Shown: positions 1-11,309, counted from the first letter of the stretch. The stretch: DNA of 64,000 nt from Candidatus Abzuiibacterium crystallinum (GCA_002787155.1 PCVY01000065.1:65286-129285), one strand, 5' to 3'. Numbers and translations: made by a program. Notes: a model not told the origin generated them from the letters alone.

Positions 1-1088
<1,088 letters not shown>

Positions 1089-1849
1089 TCCGTCGCCTGC
1101 CGCATCGTTTTTTTCGCTCCGCTGCATCATCAATAGGCCGTTTTGATCAAAATAATAAACGTCATCGCTTGAGTACCGCCTGTAAATCCATTTTTCTGAA
1201 GCACCGTACTCTTGGGCATGATATTGGATGCTGTCCGGTTTGCCTTTCGCTATTTTAATTTGCTCACGGTTCATTTGAGGCTGCACGTAGCCTTCAAAAG
1301 CAGCTAAATCTAAAGCGCTCAAATTCTCTTCTCCATTTAATTGACCTTCTTTGACCGTCCATAGAAAACGTTTTCTCTTTTGAATGTAAATCCATTCCTC
1401 CAATACGATACCGCGTGAAGTATCCAGCAGTGTGTTTTTAGCTAAAAAGTCCGGGATTCCGTACTGTTTCACGACATTTAGTTTTTCATCGGAAATAAAA
1501 CCAAATAACGGATCACGGCTGCCTCGCCGTAACAATTTGTCAGCGACGCCTGATACTTTCGCGCTTCGATATCCCCATGGTTCATCAACAGAAGCACATC
1601 CCATGAGCAGCGCCCAAATAATTGCAAATGATAGAAACACCGTAAAGCCGCCTAACCGTTTTGTATTTCTCAGTTCTCGCTCCCAATGGATGGGCTCAAC
1701 TCGCCAATTGATTTGCTGCATGAGGATCTGATAAAAACGGATGGATTTCTCTGGTTTGAAAAAAGAAAGCATCCCGACTCCCAAACCGCTTAAACCAATG
1801 ACCATAACAAGCCATTTGGCAATTTTCATTAAAATATCAAAATCCATCT

Positions 1850-2857
1850 CTACATAACCTCAATGGTGACAGGGGTTTGCAAACTTTTCCTTCTGACAAC
1901 AAATGTCAGCTTTTGATTTTTCTTCTCTGATAAAATAGCCCGATAGTAACTAACCCAGCCGTCTATCTTGATGCCGTTTTCTTCTATGAGAACATCGCCG
2001 ATCTGAAAACCTGCTTTGGCGGCTTTCGAACCGGCGGTAACTTTGATAATTTCAAACTGACCGTTTTTTTCACGGTACTGAACACGCATTCCCAAAGTCG
2101 GAGCAGCATCTAAATGAAAAACACTGACGGGGATATCCAACGTATGTTTGCGACGTTCGACCGTGAAGGTTTTAATTTCTTCGCCTTCCACACGCAAGAA
2201 GAAATCGAAGAAATTCCTGGGCTGCACTTCCATGCCATTTATTCTAATGACAACATCACCGTTTCGTAATCCTTGTTCATATCCTAAAGATCCTTCATGA
2301 ACGTCAACGATCATGTAACGTTCTGTTTCTTCATTTAACTTAAAACGGCATCCGACAATGGTTGATTCCAATCTGGGATAACGCAGTTTAATTAAATGAT
2401 CACTGATCCTGCCCGCTAAGCGCCACTCAAAAACACCGCGCGATTTATCCTGCTTACTGATTCCAAAAAAATGAAGACCGTGCTTCCGCCGGAAAAAAGC
2501 TTGCAGATTGGCTTGTGTTTTATTTTCGGTTTGCTGCCTCAGCTCAATTTTCAGCATGCAATAACCGCTCGGTGCAAAAAAAGGGCGGTGCGCCCACTGG
2601 CGGTATTCTCGCCTGAACAAAGGAAAGGTTTTGGTTTCAATGAGGCCTTGTGCTTGATCGACTTTTAGAATGGGGATGTCTTCGTCCGCCAAGGTTTTGA
2701 TCGTCGCTTCCCAAACCTGTTCATAAGTACCTTGAAAAGTAGTTGTTTCACCGGAAGGATGCGAACGGAAGAAAGTGAAAGACGAACAACCGCATAAAAA
2801 AAGAAAAACGAAATGCAGGAAATAAAATTCAAGGCGGCTAGGTTTTGTGCGCGCCAT
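1850..2857 (-). CDS. Putative lipoprotein with two PDZ domains
   Basis: Hydrophobic N-terminus with an FLCGCSS lipobox-like motif. Two PDZ-like segments (GLRNGDVVIRINGMEV and AGFQIGDVLIEENGIKI). Confidence 0.6.
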   Translation of the reverse strand: MARTKPSRLEFYFLHFVFLFLCGCSSFTFFRSHPSGETTTFQGTYEQVWEATIKTLADEDIPILKVDQAQGLIETKTFPLFRREYRQWAHRPFFAPSGYCMLKIELRQQTENKTQANLQAFFRRKHGLHFFGISKQDKSRGVFEWRLAGRISDHLIKLRYPRLESTIVGCRFKLNEETERYMIVDVHEGSLGYEQGLRNGDVVIRINGMEVQPRNFFDFFLRVEGEEIKTFTVERRKHTLDIPVSVFHLDAAPTLGMRVQYREKNGQFEIIKVTAGSKAAKAGFQIGDVLIEENGIKIDGWVSYYRAILSEKKNQKLTFVVRRKSLQTPVTIEVM

Positions 2858-2865
2858 TTTAACAC

Positions 2866-3237
2866 CTAGCGATCTGAAATAATATTTTCTTTAAGTGATA
2901 CTTCGGGACCTGCCGGCGCATTGACATAGGCGTCTGTGGCGCTCCAAATGTGGTTCAGAATGAAAATCCCAAGTCCCGTCCAAATTTGAGGGTATCCCGC
3001 AATGCCGCCTACCACCGCCGTGGTGACAATGGCGCCTGCTTCAATCACAATCATGGCGCCGGTCTTGACTTTGCCTCCCCGAGTCTCTAGCTCGCCGTTA
3101 ATGTATTGCCCAAGGCCCGGCACCAGCAAAGAGGCTGCGCCCCGCGTCAAGCTCTCCCCGCCCTTTGCCCACAGGACGGGCTGACTGATGAATAAGCAGG
3201 TCGTAACAATAAGCGCGATTGATAGGCTCTTTTTCAC
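2866..3237 (-). CDS. Small exported or membrane protein, Gly-rich
   Basis: 123-aa ORF with a signal peptide (MKKSLSIALIVTTCLFISQPVLWA) followed by a hydrophobic Gly-rich segment. Confidence 0.45.
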   Translation of the reverse strand: MKKSLSIALIVTTCLFISQPVLWAKGGESLTRGAASLLVPGLGQYINGELETRGGKVKTGAMIVIEAGAIVTTAVVGGIAGYPQIWTGLGIFILNHIWSATDAYVNAPAGPEVSLKENIISDR

Positions 3238-3341
3238 AAATTCTCCTTTTATCTGACATGTGAGCGGTGTGATATATTTTATATCGGCTGAATGGGATAA
3301 AAATAAATAACCGACATGAGCGAGAACTCAATTTATCTGAA

Positions 3342-3420
3342 GGGTCGGGGAGTTTCACCGATCCTTCACCCTATACCAGTCATGATCAAGCGGGGCCGGC
3401 ATAGGGTTTTATTGGCTCAT
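3342..3420. repeat. Dispersed ~80-nt element, family C, copy 1
   Basis: GGGTCGGGGAGTTTCACCGATCC...TCACCCTATACCAGTCATGATCAAGCGGGGCCGGCATAGGGTTTTATTGGCTCAT. The ~55-nt core is about 85% identical to 16976-17055. Confidence 0.6.
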
Positions 3421-3490
3421 TTATCTTTATTTTAAAGAAGCTTTCAGCTATACTAACTCCTTTATACAGTAATACTTACGCGGAAATCCA

Positions 3491-4003
3491 ATGCCTGAAA
3501 CAATTCTCTTTTATCTATTTGCTTCTGTCGCGCTCATCAGCGCTTTATACGTCATCTTCTCGAAAGAACCCACCTATGCCGTACTGTCTCTTGTGGTCAC
3601 CATGTTCTCGTTGGCTGCCCTTTACGTGATGCTGCATGCCTATTTTATTGCCATGATTCAAATCTTAATTTATGCAGGTGCTATTTTGGTTCTTTTTCTC
3701 TTTATTTTAATGCTGTTAGGAACCGAGGGCATCTTGCCGTCCGATCAAGCACGTTTAGGAAGAGGGTGGTGCTTCTTCGGCGTTTTATTGGTCAGTATTT
3801 TTACGGCAGAGCTCGCGATGGTTTTTCAGTCAACTCAAAATCTGAAAGATTGGCCATCTGAAATCTTAGGAACGGTTGAGAATATCGGCCGTTCCATTTT
3901 CTCCGAACATTTGCTGGCGTTTGAATTAATTTCTCTTATTCTTCTGATCGGTATCATCGGTGTCGTTAATCTCGCACACAAAAAAGAGGCGGATAACGCA
4001 TGA
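3491..4003 (+). CDS. nuoJ: NADH-quinone oxidoreductase subunit J
   Basis: 170-aa polytopic protein with NuoJ/ND6-like sequence. It is immediately followed by nuoK. Confidence 0.8.
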   Translation: MPETILFYLFASVALISALYVIFSKEPTYAVLSLVVTMFSLAALYVMLHAYFIAMIQILIYAGAILVLFLFILMLLGTEGILPSDQARLGRGWCFFGVLLVSIFTAELAMVFQSTQNLKDWPSEILGTVENIGRSIFSEHLLAFELISLILLIGIIGVVNLAHKKEADNA

Positions 4004-4305
4004 CATTGTCTTTGGAAAATTATCTAATCGTCAGCGGCATGCTATTCGCGATCGGTGCACTGGGCGTGATGACAAGACGCAATTTAATTATGATTCTTTT
4101 ATCCATTGAAATCATGCTGAACGCCGTTAATCTTTCTTTTGTGGCGTTCTCAAGTTACGGCGATAACGTCACGGGCCAAGTCAGCGCTCTTTTTGTCATT
4201 GCCATTGCCGCCTGTGAAGTCGCCATCGGTTTGGCTATTGCTGTTTTGGTATTTCAATCTCAACGAACCATCAGTACAGATGCTGTCAGCCGTTTAAAAG
4301 GATAA
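4000..4305 (+). CDS. nuoK: NADH-quinone oxidoreductase subunit K
   Basis: 101-aa ORF with 3 TM helices and a NuoK/ND4L signature (LSIEIMLNAVNLSFVAFS). Its start overlaps the nuoJ stop. Confidence 0.9.
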   Translation: MTLSLENYLIVSGMLFAIGALGVMTRRNLIMILLSIEIMLNAVNLSFVAFSSYGDNVTGQVSALFVIAIAACEVAIGLAIAVLVFQSQRTISTDAVSRLKG

Positions 4306-4309
4306 AACA

Positions 4310-6154
4310 TTGACTGAATGGCTCATTCTTTTTCTACCCTTCTTCGCTGCTGTCATCATTGCGCTCGGCACGCAGCGTTACGCTAAATTAAGCGCTGCGG
4401 TGGCGCTGACGAGCATCATCGCGTCTTTGATTTTAACCTGCCGGCTCGGTCTTCCTGAACTTTTTGAAGGTCATTTCTCAACCATTGAGAAAAGCCTCTC
4501 TTGGATCACCTTGCCGGGGCTTTCATTTGAGTTTGGTTTATTAATCAACACGCTATCCTTTGCCATGCTTTTAATTGTTCTGGTGGTTGCCCTGTGCATC
4601 TTTTACTATTCCGTCGAATACATGGAAGGTGAGAAGGGATTTGCCCGTTATTTTGCTTATTTAGCTTTTTTTACCTTCTCCATGCTGGGCATTGTGCTGT
4701 CTAATAATTTCCTCCAACTCTTCATCTTTTGGGAATTAGTGGGCGTCAGCTCTTATCTTTTAATCGGTTTCTGGTATGAAAAACATTCGGCGGCTGATGC
4801 CGGCAAAAAAGCTTTTCTCACCAACCGGATCGGTGATTACGGTTTTATTCTGGGCATCATCCTGCTGTGGACCTTGTCTTCAACATGGCAGGTGGAAACG
4901 CTGAACTTTTTACATCTGGCAAATTATTTGGCAGGTGCTCATTCTCATTCGCATGAAACGCTTCTCACCGTCATTTCTCTTTTGATTTTCTGCGGTGTGA
5001 TTGGTAAGTCAGCCCAGTTTCCTTTGCATGTGTGGCTGCCGGACGCCATGGAAGGCCCGACACCTGTGAGTGCTCTCATTCATGCTGCTACGATGGTAGC
5101 TGCCGGCGTTTATTTGCTAGCGCGCGTTTTCTTTTTGTTTCACCAGTCGCCTCTGGCGCTTGAAATGATCGCTTATTTGGGCGGCTTTACGGCCATTTTT
5201 GCCGCAACGCAGGCGTTGGTACAAACCGATCTGAAACGCGTCCTGGCTTACTCGACTTTAAGTCAATTAGGCTACATGGTTTTGGCCATCGGCTTGGGTT
5301 CGGCCGGCATTGCGATGTTTCATTTGACCACCCATGCCTTCTTTAAAGCCCTGCTTTTCCTAGGAGCCGGGTCCGTCATTCACATGACCCACGAGCAAGA
5401 CATGACTCGCTTGGGAAATTTAAGCCAAAGAATGCCAATCACAACCGGTTTATTTATCGTGGGCGCTTTAGCTTTAAGCGGTTTTTTTCCTTTCAGCGGG
5501 TTTTGGAGTAAGGACGAAATCTTAGTGTTGGCGTTACATCAAAATAGTTGGCTTTATGTCATTGCCATGTTGACTGCTTTTCTGACTGCCGTTTATATCA
5601 CCCGTGCCGTCATTTTAACGTTTTTTGGCTCATCTCAGGCAGAACACGGGCATGAACCGAAGCAGTGGATGTTAATTCCAATGATTTTGTTAGCTATTCT
5701 GTCGCTCGTAAGCGGTTTCCGTGTCCCCGAAATCATGCATCAATCCTTGGATCATCCGGTTCACTGGAACTGGCAGGTAGCCATCGTCAGCACACTGATG
5801 ACTTTGTGCGGGATCGCGCTTTCTGTTTGGCTTTATCAATTTCAACCGCAAATCGTGGTCAAAATACGAGGGAAATTTTCCGGAATTTATCAAATATTAA
5901 ACCGGCGCTACTACATGGATGATTTTTACGATTGGGTCATTCAAAAAATTCAAGCGCCCTTTTCACGAACTTGTTCGGCATTTGAATCTCACGTGGTCGT
6001 GCAAGGTTTGGTTAATTCAACTGCGCGATTGACCGGTGCATGCGGTCATTGGCTCAGGAAAATGCAAACGGGCCGTCTGCAAAACTATGTTACCGTCTTT
6101 TTTGCCGGTGTGGTTCTGATCATTTATTGCCTCATGGCACGGGTGATTTCATGA
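4310..6154 (+). CDS. nuoL: NADH-quinone oxidoreductase subunit L
   Basis: 614-aa antiporter-like subunit (Mrp/ND5 family motifs such as WLPDAMEGPTPVSALIHAATMV). Confidence 0.9.
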   Translation: MTEWLILFLPFFAAVIIALGTQRYAKLSAAVALTSIIASLILTCRLGLPELFEGHFSTIEKSLSWITLPGLSFEFGLLINTLSFAMLLIVLVVALCIFYYSVEYMEGEKGFARYFAYLAFFTFSMLGIVLSNNFLQLFIFWELVGVSSYLLIGFWYEKHSAADAGKKAFLTNRIGDYGFILGIILLWTLSSTWQVETLNFLHLANYLAGAHSHSHETLLTVISLLIFCGVIGKSAQFPLHVWLPDAMEGPTPVSALIHAATMVAAGVYLLARVFFLFHQSPLALEMIAYLGGFTAIFAATQALVQTDLKRVLAYSTLSQLGYMVLAIGLGSAGIAMFHLTTHAFFKALLFLGAGSVIHMTHEQDMTRLGNLSQRMPITTGLFIVGALALSGFFPFSGFWSKDEILVLALHQNSWLYVIAMLTAFLTAVYITRAVILTFFGSSQAEHGHEPKQWMLIPMILLAILSLVSGFRVPEIMHQSLDHPVHWNWQVAIVSTLMTLCGIALSVWLYQFQPQIVVKIRGKFSGIYQILNRRYYMDDFYDWVIQKIQAPFSRTCSAFESHVVVQGLVNSTARLTGACGHWLRKMQTGRLQNYVTVFFAGVVLIIYCLMARVIS

Positions 6155-7629
6155 GTTTGGGCGCCTATTTGATTCCGCTTTTAACGCTGTTGCCCTTAAG
6201 CGGTGCTGTGTTGGTTTTACTGCTGCCCGCTCAATGGACTAAATTAATCCGCGCGCTCGCTTGCACGATTACCTGGATAACTTTGATGATCAGTGCCGTC
6301 ATTTGTTTGCATTACGACACCGCAACGCCGGGCTTTCAATTGATAACTAAAATCGTTTGGCTGCCGTCTTTGGGCATTGCTTATCAAACCGGCGTGGACG
6401 GAATCAGTTGTGTGTTAATTCTTTTACATGCGATTTGTTCGTTAACGGCTGTTTTAGTGTCCGGATCAGTTGAAAACCGTGTCAAAGAATACTATGTTTT
6501 ATTGCTCTTCTTGATTGCCAGTATCTTTGGCGTGTTTACCGCGCTCGATTTATTCTTTCTATACGTTTTCTACGAAATGGCCGTGGTACCCCTCTACCCC
6601 ATGATTATTGTTTGGGGCAGTAAAAATAAAGAATACGGTGCCATGAAATTAACGCTCTACGTCACTTTAGGGGCCGTTTTAGCGCTGGTGGGTTTACTGA
6701 GCATCTATCACGCCACCGGGCTTAAAACATTTGATTTAATTGAAATCCAAAGCTTCCTAGCCGCGCATCCGCTGGATCAAACCTTCCAAACATGGGCTGC
6801 GCTGCTGCTCACAGTAGGTTTTGGCGTGGTCGCCTCGTTATGGCCTTTGCACAGCTGGTCGCCCATTGGATATGCTGCCGCACCGACGGCTGTCAGCATG
6901 CTGCACGCAGGTGTTCTGAAGAAAATCGGCATTTACGCCATCATCCGTCTCGTCTTAGGCTTGCTGCCCTTCGGCGCTTCTGTGTGGATGCCTTACGTTG
7001 CCATTTTGGCAGTGATCAATGTGCTTTACGGTGCTTGGGCAGCGATGGCACAAAATGATCTTAAATTTGTCATTGGGTTTGCCAGTGTCAGCCACATGGG
7101 TTATGCCTTGCTGGGCATCTCTGCTATGACGCCTTTGGCTGTTTCCGGTGTGGTCTTTTTTATGTTTGCCCACGGTGTCATGGCCGCTCTTTCTTTCGCT
7201 TTGATCGGCTTCATTTATCACCAAACACATACCAGAGACATTTCAGATTTGGGCGGCCTTATGAAGCCGCTGCCTTTTGTGGGTGCTTGTTTTGTGATGG
7301 CCGCTTTGGCTTCCAGCGGTTTACCCGGCTTTGCCAATTTTGTTTCTGAAATCATTATTTTCTTCGGCAGTTGGCAGGTGCGCCCTTGGCCGACTTTGTT
7401 TGCTATTTTTGGCATTGTCGTAACAGCAACGTATATGCTGCGGCTCGTCAAAAACGTATTCTTTGGACCAGTAAACCGCAAATGGAACAACTTGAAAGAC
7501 GCTGCTTCTTTCTTAGAGCGTTTGCCTTATGGGTTGTTGGTTCTTATTTTATTAATCTTTGGCTGTTGGCCGGCTTGGCTTTTAAACCTGATTCGTCCGA
7601 GTGTTGCATTACTGCCGCTCTTAAGATGA
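6151..7629 (+). CDS. nuoM: NADH-quinone oxidoreductase subunit M
   Basis: ND4-like antiporter subunit. The likely start is ATG at 6151 (MSLGAYLIPLL), giving an ATGA overlap with the nuoL stop. The track ORF has a spurious N-terminal extension. Confidence 0.85.
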   Translation: MSLGAYLIPLLTLLPLSGAVLVLLLPAQWTKLIRALACTITWITLMISAVICLHYDTATPGFQLITKIVWLPSLGIAYQTGVDGISCVLILLHAICSLTAVLVSGSVENRVKEYYVLLLFLIASIFGVFTALDLFFLYVFYEMAVVPLYPMIIVWGSKNKEYGAMKLTLYVTLGAVLALVGLLSIYHATGLKTFDLIEIQSFLAAHPLDQTFQTWAALLLTVGFGVVASLWPLHSWSPIGYAAAPTAVSMLHAGVLKKIGIYAIIRLVLGLLPFGASVWMPYVAILAVINVLYGAWAAMAQNDLKFVIGFASVSHMGYALLGISAMTPLAVSGVVFFMFAHGVMAALSFALIGFIYHQTHTRDISDLGGLMKPLPFVGACFVMAALASSGLPGFANFVSEIIIFFGSWQVRPWPTLFAIFGIVVTATYMLRLVKNVFFGPVNRKWNNLKDAASFLERLPYGLLVLILLIFGCWPAWLLNLIRPSVALLPLLR

Positions 7630-7661
7630 CGAGCTTTTTGATAAATAAGGGAGAATGATAC

Positions 7662-9101
7662 GTGACTATGCTGTCTTTGATATCGAGATCCGCTGAGACC
7701 GGACTGATTATTGTGGTGGTGGCTTTATTTGCGGCAAGGCTTACCCTGCCCCGTCTTAAGTCAGGGGTTGTGTCTAAGCTTGTGATCACTGTCTTCGCCC
7801 TGCTTTTCTTACTGAACATGACGCTCTGGGGAAGTAAAACGCTTTTACTGCAAGATGCGTTCCGGTTGGATCATTTTGCTTTATTTTTTAAAGGCTTTTT
7901 CCTCTTGGCGGGTATTTTCATCTTCATGATTGCCGGTCATTTCCAAGACACACTCGCTAAACGCATCTATGAGTTTTACAGCTTATTTACTTTAGCAACC
8001 TTAGGGGCTTGTTTTCTAGTATCTGCCAACAATTTTCTGGTGCTTTTCTTATCCATTGAGCTGATAACCTTCTCTTTGTATGTCCTCACCACTTATTGGC
8101 GAACGCAAATTACTTCAATTGAAGCCGGCACCAAATATCTTGTGGTAGGCGCTTTTTCATCAGCCATGATGCTTTTTGGCATTAGCTTTATTTATGGTAC
8201 AACCCAAACGATTAATTTTCATGACTGCCGTTCCGCTTTTACCGTTTTATCTGCACAGCCTTCATTCACTTTGTTGCACTTAGGTTTAATTTTAGTGCTG
8301 GCAGGAATTGGATTTAAAATTTCCGCTTTTCCGTTTCAACTATGGGCGCCCGATGTTTACCAAGGCGCGCCGACGCCGGTCACTGCTTTCTTGGCTGTCG
8401 TGTCTAAAAGCGCCGGTTTTGCGGCTCTTATGCGGCTCGTGTTACTTGCTACGGGCGGATGGAATGCCGTTTGGATTTTAATGTTGGCTTTAATTGCTGC
8501 CGCCACGCTTCTTTATGGCAATTTGGGAGCCATTCCGCAATTGGGCGGCAACATGAAACGTTTCTTGGCATTTTCCGGTATCGGGCATGCCGGCTATCTT
8601 TTAATGGCGATGATTTGTCAAAATGCGCAAGGTTACCAGGCTTTGATTTATTACTTGGTTGTTTATGCGATTGCCACTTTAACGATTTTCCTCGGCATTG
8701 TGTTGACCGACCCGTCTCAAAGCGACATGAAGCACAACATGTCTGATTTTCAAGGCTTATTGGCGCGTTCGCCTATGCTTGGTTTTTCTTTTTTTGTGGC
8801 CATTCTTTCTTTAGCGGGCGTGCCGCCGATGGCGGGGTTTTTTGGAAAATTTCTCGTGATTCAAGCAGTGATTGAGAAGGGAATGTGGCTGCTGGCTTTA
8901 ATTGGTGCCGTCACCATTGCTATTTCGCTCTATTATTACCTCAACGTTATTAAATTAATTTATGCCGATCAACCGAACGACACGTCTTCTATCAAGATCG
9001 GCTTTGGTTATCAATTAACGTTTATTTGTTTAAACCTTTCCCTCATTTTCCTCGGCGTCTTTCAAGCACCGCTCTTACATTTGATTGCGAAGACGATCTA
9101 A
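7662..9101 (+). CDS. nuoN: NADH-quinone oxidoreductase subunit N
   Basis: 479-aa ND2-like antiporter subunit. It is the last gene of the nuoJ-N block. Confidence 0.85.
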   Translation: MTMLSLISRSAETGLIIVVVALFAARLTLPRLKSGVVSKLVITVFALLFLLNMTLWGSKTLLLQDAFRLDHFALFFKGFFLLAGIFIFMIAGHFQDTLAKRIYEFYSLFTLATLGACFLVSANNFLVLFLSIELITFSLYVLTTYWRTQITSIEAGTKYLVVGAFSSAMMLFGISFIYGTTQTINFHDCRSAFTVLSAQPSFTLLHLGLILVLAGIGFKISAFPFQLWAPDVYQGAPTPVTAFLAVVSKSAGFAALMRLVLLATGGWNAVWILMLALIAAATLLYGNLGAIPQLGGNMKRFLAFSGIGHAGYLLMAMICQNAQGYQALIYYLVVYAIATLTIFLGIVLTDPSQSDMKHNMSDFQGLLARSPMLGFSFFVAILSLAGVPPMAGFFGKFLVIQAVIEKGMWLLALIGAVTIAISLYYYLNVIKLIYADQPNDTSSIKIGFGYQLTFICLNLSLIFLGVFQAPLLHLIAKTI

Positions 9102-9106
9102 AACAT

Positions 9107-9135
9107 GGGGTCAGACCCGGGAGGGTCTGACCCCT
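9107..9135. repeat. Family A palindromic element (GGGGTCAGACCC / GGGTCTGACCCC hairpin), copy 1
   Basis: GGGGTCAGACCCgggaGGGTCTGACCCC: a 12-bp stem with a 4-nt loop, directly after the nuoN stop. Confidence 0.8.
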
Positions 9136-9167
9136 ATCGTCCACTATCTAACATAACAGAAACGGCT

Positions 9168-9263
9168 CTCGCCCGGCGGGCGAGGCAGAACCAACCCTAA
9201 ATAAAAAAGAGCTCGTCCGAAGTATCAGGGAGGTGAGTACTTCGAACGAGCTCTTATGTTTTA
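9168..9263. terminator. Bidirectional terminator region between the convergent nuoN and porin genes
   Basis: Tight GC hairpin CTCGCCCggcGGGCGAG (9168-9184). A long hairpin AAGAGCTCGTCCGAAGTA...TACTTCGAACGAGCTCTT (9207-9255) flanked by an A-run on one side and a T-run on the other. Confidence 0.7.
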
Positions 9264-9286
9264 AAGAACGCTAAATCTAAACTGCG

Positions 9287-10675
9287 TTAGAACTGATAAA
9301 TCATCTCAGCGCCAAAGGTGCTTTGCGTGCTTGATGCACCAGTACCAGTTGCTGCTGCAGTGCTCAAGTCAAAAATAGAATCTTGGCTCTTATCAAGACG
9401 CCATTCAAGACGGGTGAGTAAGTTATCAGCTACTTTGATATCAGCCGTATAAGTCATACCAAAAAGGTTGACACGCTCTGCGGTTGTGTACGTGCTGATT
9501 GAACCAAGGCGGACACCGTCGTTATCCGAAAACCATTCCAAACGGCCGGCAACTGTTAACCAATCGTTCACAGCATATTGAGCACCACCCATGACACCAA
9601 TCCATTGGGATGCCCCATTACCAACCACGCCGCCTGTGTTGTTTTCTTCCCAACCCCAGTCAAAATTACCGATAAGATTCAAAGCATCGCTGGCTGAGTA
9701 GCTCACAACCAAATCATACAAACCACGGATGTTGCTATCGGTGTTCAAGCCGCCGACTGTGCGGGTTTGTTCAGGACCCCAAAGCAAGCTGTTTGAAATA
9801 TCAATTGAATCCGTTGGGTGCAAGGTAATGTTGTAAAGACCGGTTTTTCCGCGATTGTTATCAACCGTGGTATCCCAGCCGTTGGCAAAACCAATCTTTA
9901 AATCCACCATGTCATTGAGACTGTACTCTGCCAAAATGCCGTTGTGGGTAAAAGGTTGGGCCAGGTTAAACAGATAGCCGCGTGAAGAATTGAAGTTTTC
10001 AGCGCTTTCAATGACTTCAGCGCCGACGATCGTACTAAAACGACCGACTTTGATGTCTAAGCCGTTACCAAGCGGGGCTAAGTATTCAATGTAAGCTTGT
10101 TGAATATAGAGATTATCATCTGCTTCAGCACCAGTCCCTGACACCATCGCAGAATTTAAGATGCGGGCTGTACGGCCGAATTGCCAATCCGTACGGAAAC
10201 CTGCACGGCTGCTTTCACTGACCGGTTTTTCAAACACGAATTCACCGCTGGTTTCAAAGCTGGCTTCATCGCGGTCAAATGCGCGAGTCACAAGCTCAGG
10301 ATTGGTACCACTAGCACCACCGTTATTGAGCGGATTAATGTTACTGACGTTATACAGCGTCGATAAGTAACCGCCCATGTGAATGTCGGACATGGTTTTA
10401 ACTAAACCTTCACCGGTTGGGGGCATATATTCTTTGCCCTTAACAGGTGAAAGGTGTTCTTTCATACCTGTCTTACTCTCAAGCTGTGCAACTTTGGATT
10501 CCAGAGCTTCGATTTTATCCATGAGCTTTTGGACGCTCACGTCAGCTTGGGCTGTGTTGAGACCGGTAAATGTGAATGCCACTAAGAGCACCAGCATCAC
10601 CGATAGCCATTTACAAGTTAGTTTGGATTGCATGATTCCCTCCCTTGTTTTGTTATCTAGTTGACTTTGAATCAA
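9287..10675 (-). CDS. Outer-membrane beta-barrel porin-like protein with an N-terminal coiled-coil segment
   Basis: Signal peptide from the internal Met (MQSKLTCKWLSVMLVLLVAFTFTGLNTAQA; start near 10633). A heptad-like KLMDKIEALESKVAQLESK segment, then alternating amphipathic strands. C-terminal ...MIYQF, an aromatic terminus typical of OMPs. Confidence 0.6.
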   Translation of the reverse strand: MIQSQLDNKTREGIMQSKLTCKWLSVMLVLLVAFTFTGLNTAQADVSVQKLMDKIEALESKVAQLESKTGMKEHLSPVKGKEYMPPTGEGLVKTMSDIHMGGYLSTLYNVSNINPLNNGGASGTNPELVTRAFDRDEASFETSGEFVFEKPVSESSRAGFRTDWQFGRTARILNSAMVSGTGAEADDNLYIQQAYIEYLAPLGNGLDIKVGRFSTIVGAEVIESAENFNSSRGYLFNLAQPFTHNGILAEYSLNDMVDLKIGFANGWDTTVDNNRGKTGLYNITLHPTDSIDISNSLLWGPEQTRTVGGLNTDSNIRGLYDLVVSYSASDALNLIGNFDWGWEENNTGGVVGNGASQWIGVMGGAQYAVNDWLTVAGRLEWFSDNDGVRLGSISTYTTAERVNLFGMTYTADIKVADNLLTRLEWRLDKSQDSIFDLSTAAATGTGASSTQSTFGAEMIYQF

Positions 10676-10940
10676 TAAACCAAGCCTTTTCTCTCAAGAA
10701 TGTTATTTAATATGCAAAATAAAGCCTGATAGCTGCTTCGTTATTAAATAACTTGCTCTGCATTAGAAAAAGCTTTTTGTGGTGCTCCCAGGTTCCCGAT
10801 TCCTGAGAACAACACTATTGTATTTAAAACTTGATTCTTGTACAGCTTTTTTTAAGGGGAGCTCCGCCCTTGTGTCGGCACAGATAGAGCGCACCTTGAA
10901 CTAAAGAACGGCACCTTTTGGCAAACCTTAAGAAAAAAAT

Positions 10941-11309
10941 TCAACTTTTTTCAAAAGCCCCTTGAAATAAGGAAAAATGGGGTTTTCCGCCGCCGTCTAA
11001 AATGATAGAAAGGACGTCAAACCGGGCCGGAGCGTCCAAAAGACGCCTCTCTTTCATGTAATATTCGGCCAATTGGGTCAGTTTTCTTTGTTTGACACGC
11101 CCAACCGCTTCCTCCGGCCTGCCAAAAATGAGGGAACGGCGGGTTTTCACCTCTATAAAGCAAATGATGCCCTTTTGGACAGCAACGACGTCAATCTCAC
11201 CTAAGGGTGTGCGGTAGTTAACTTCTTTTATGCGGTACCCTTGTTTTTTGAGGAATAAAACGGCAAGCGCTTCACCTTTCCTGCCTGTTTCTAAATGTTT
11301 GGCTTTCAT
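10941..11309 (-). CDS. yraN: YraN/UPF0102 family endonuclease
   Basis: 122-aa ORF with the UPF0102 signature (GEIDVVAV...FIEVKTR). Confidence 0.75.
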   Translation of the reverse strand: MKAKHLETGRKGEALAVLFLKKQGYRIKEVNYRTPLGEIDVVAVQKGIICFIEVKTRRSLIFGRPEEAVGRVKQRKLTQLAEYYMKERRLLDAPARFDVLSIILDGGGKPHFSLFQGAFEKS

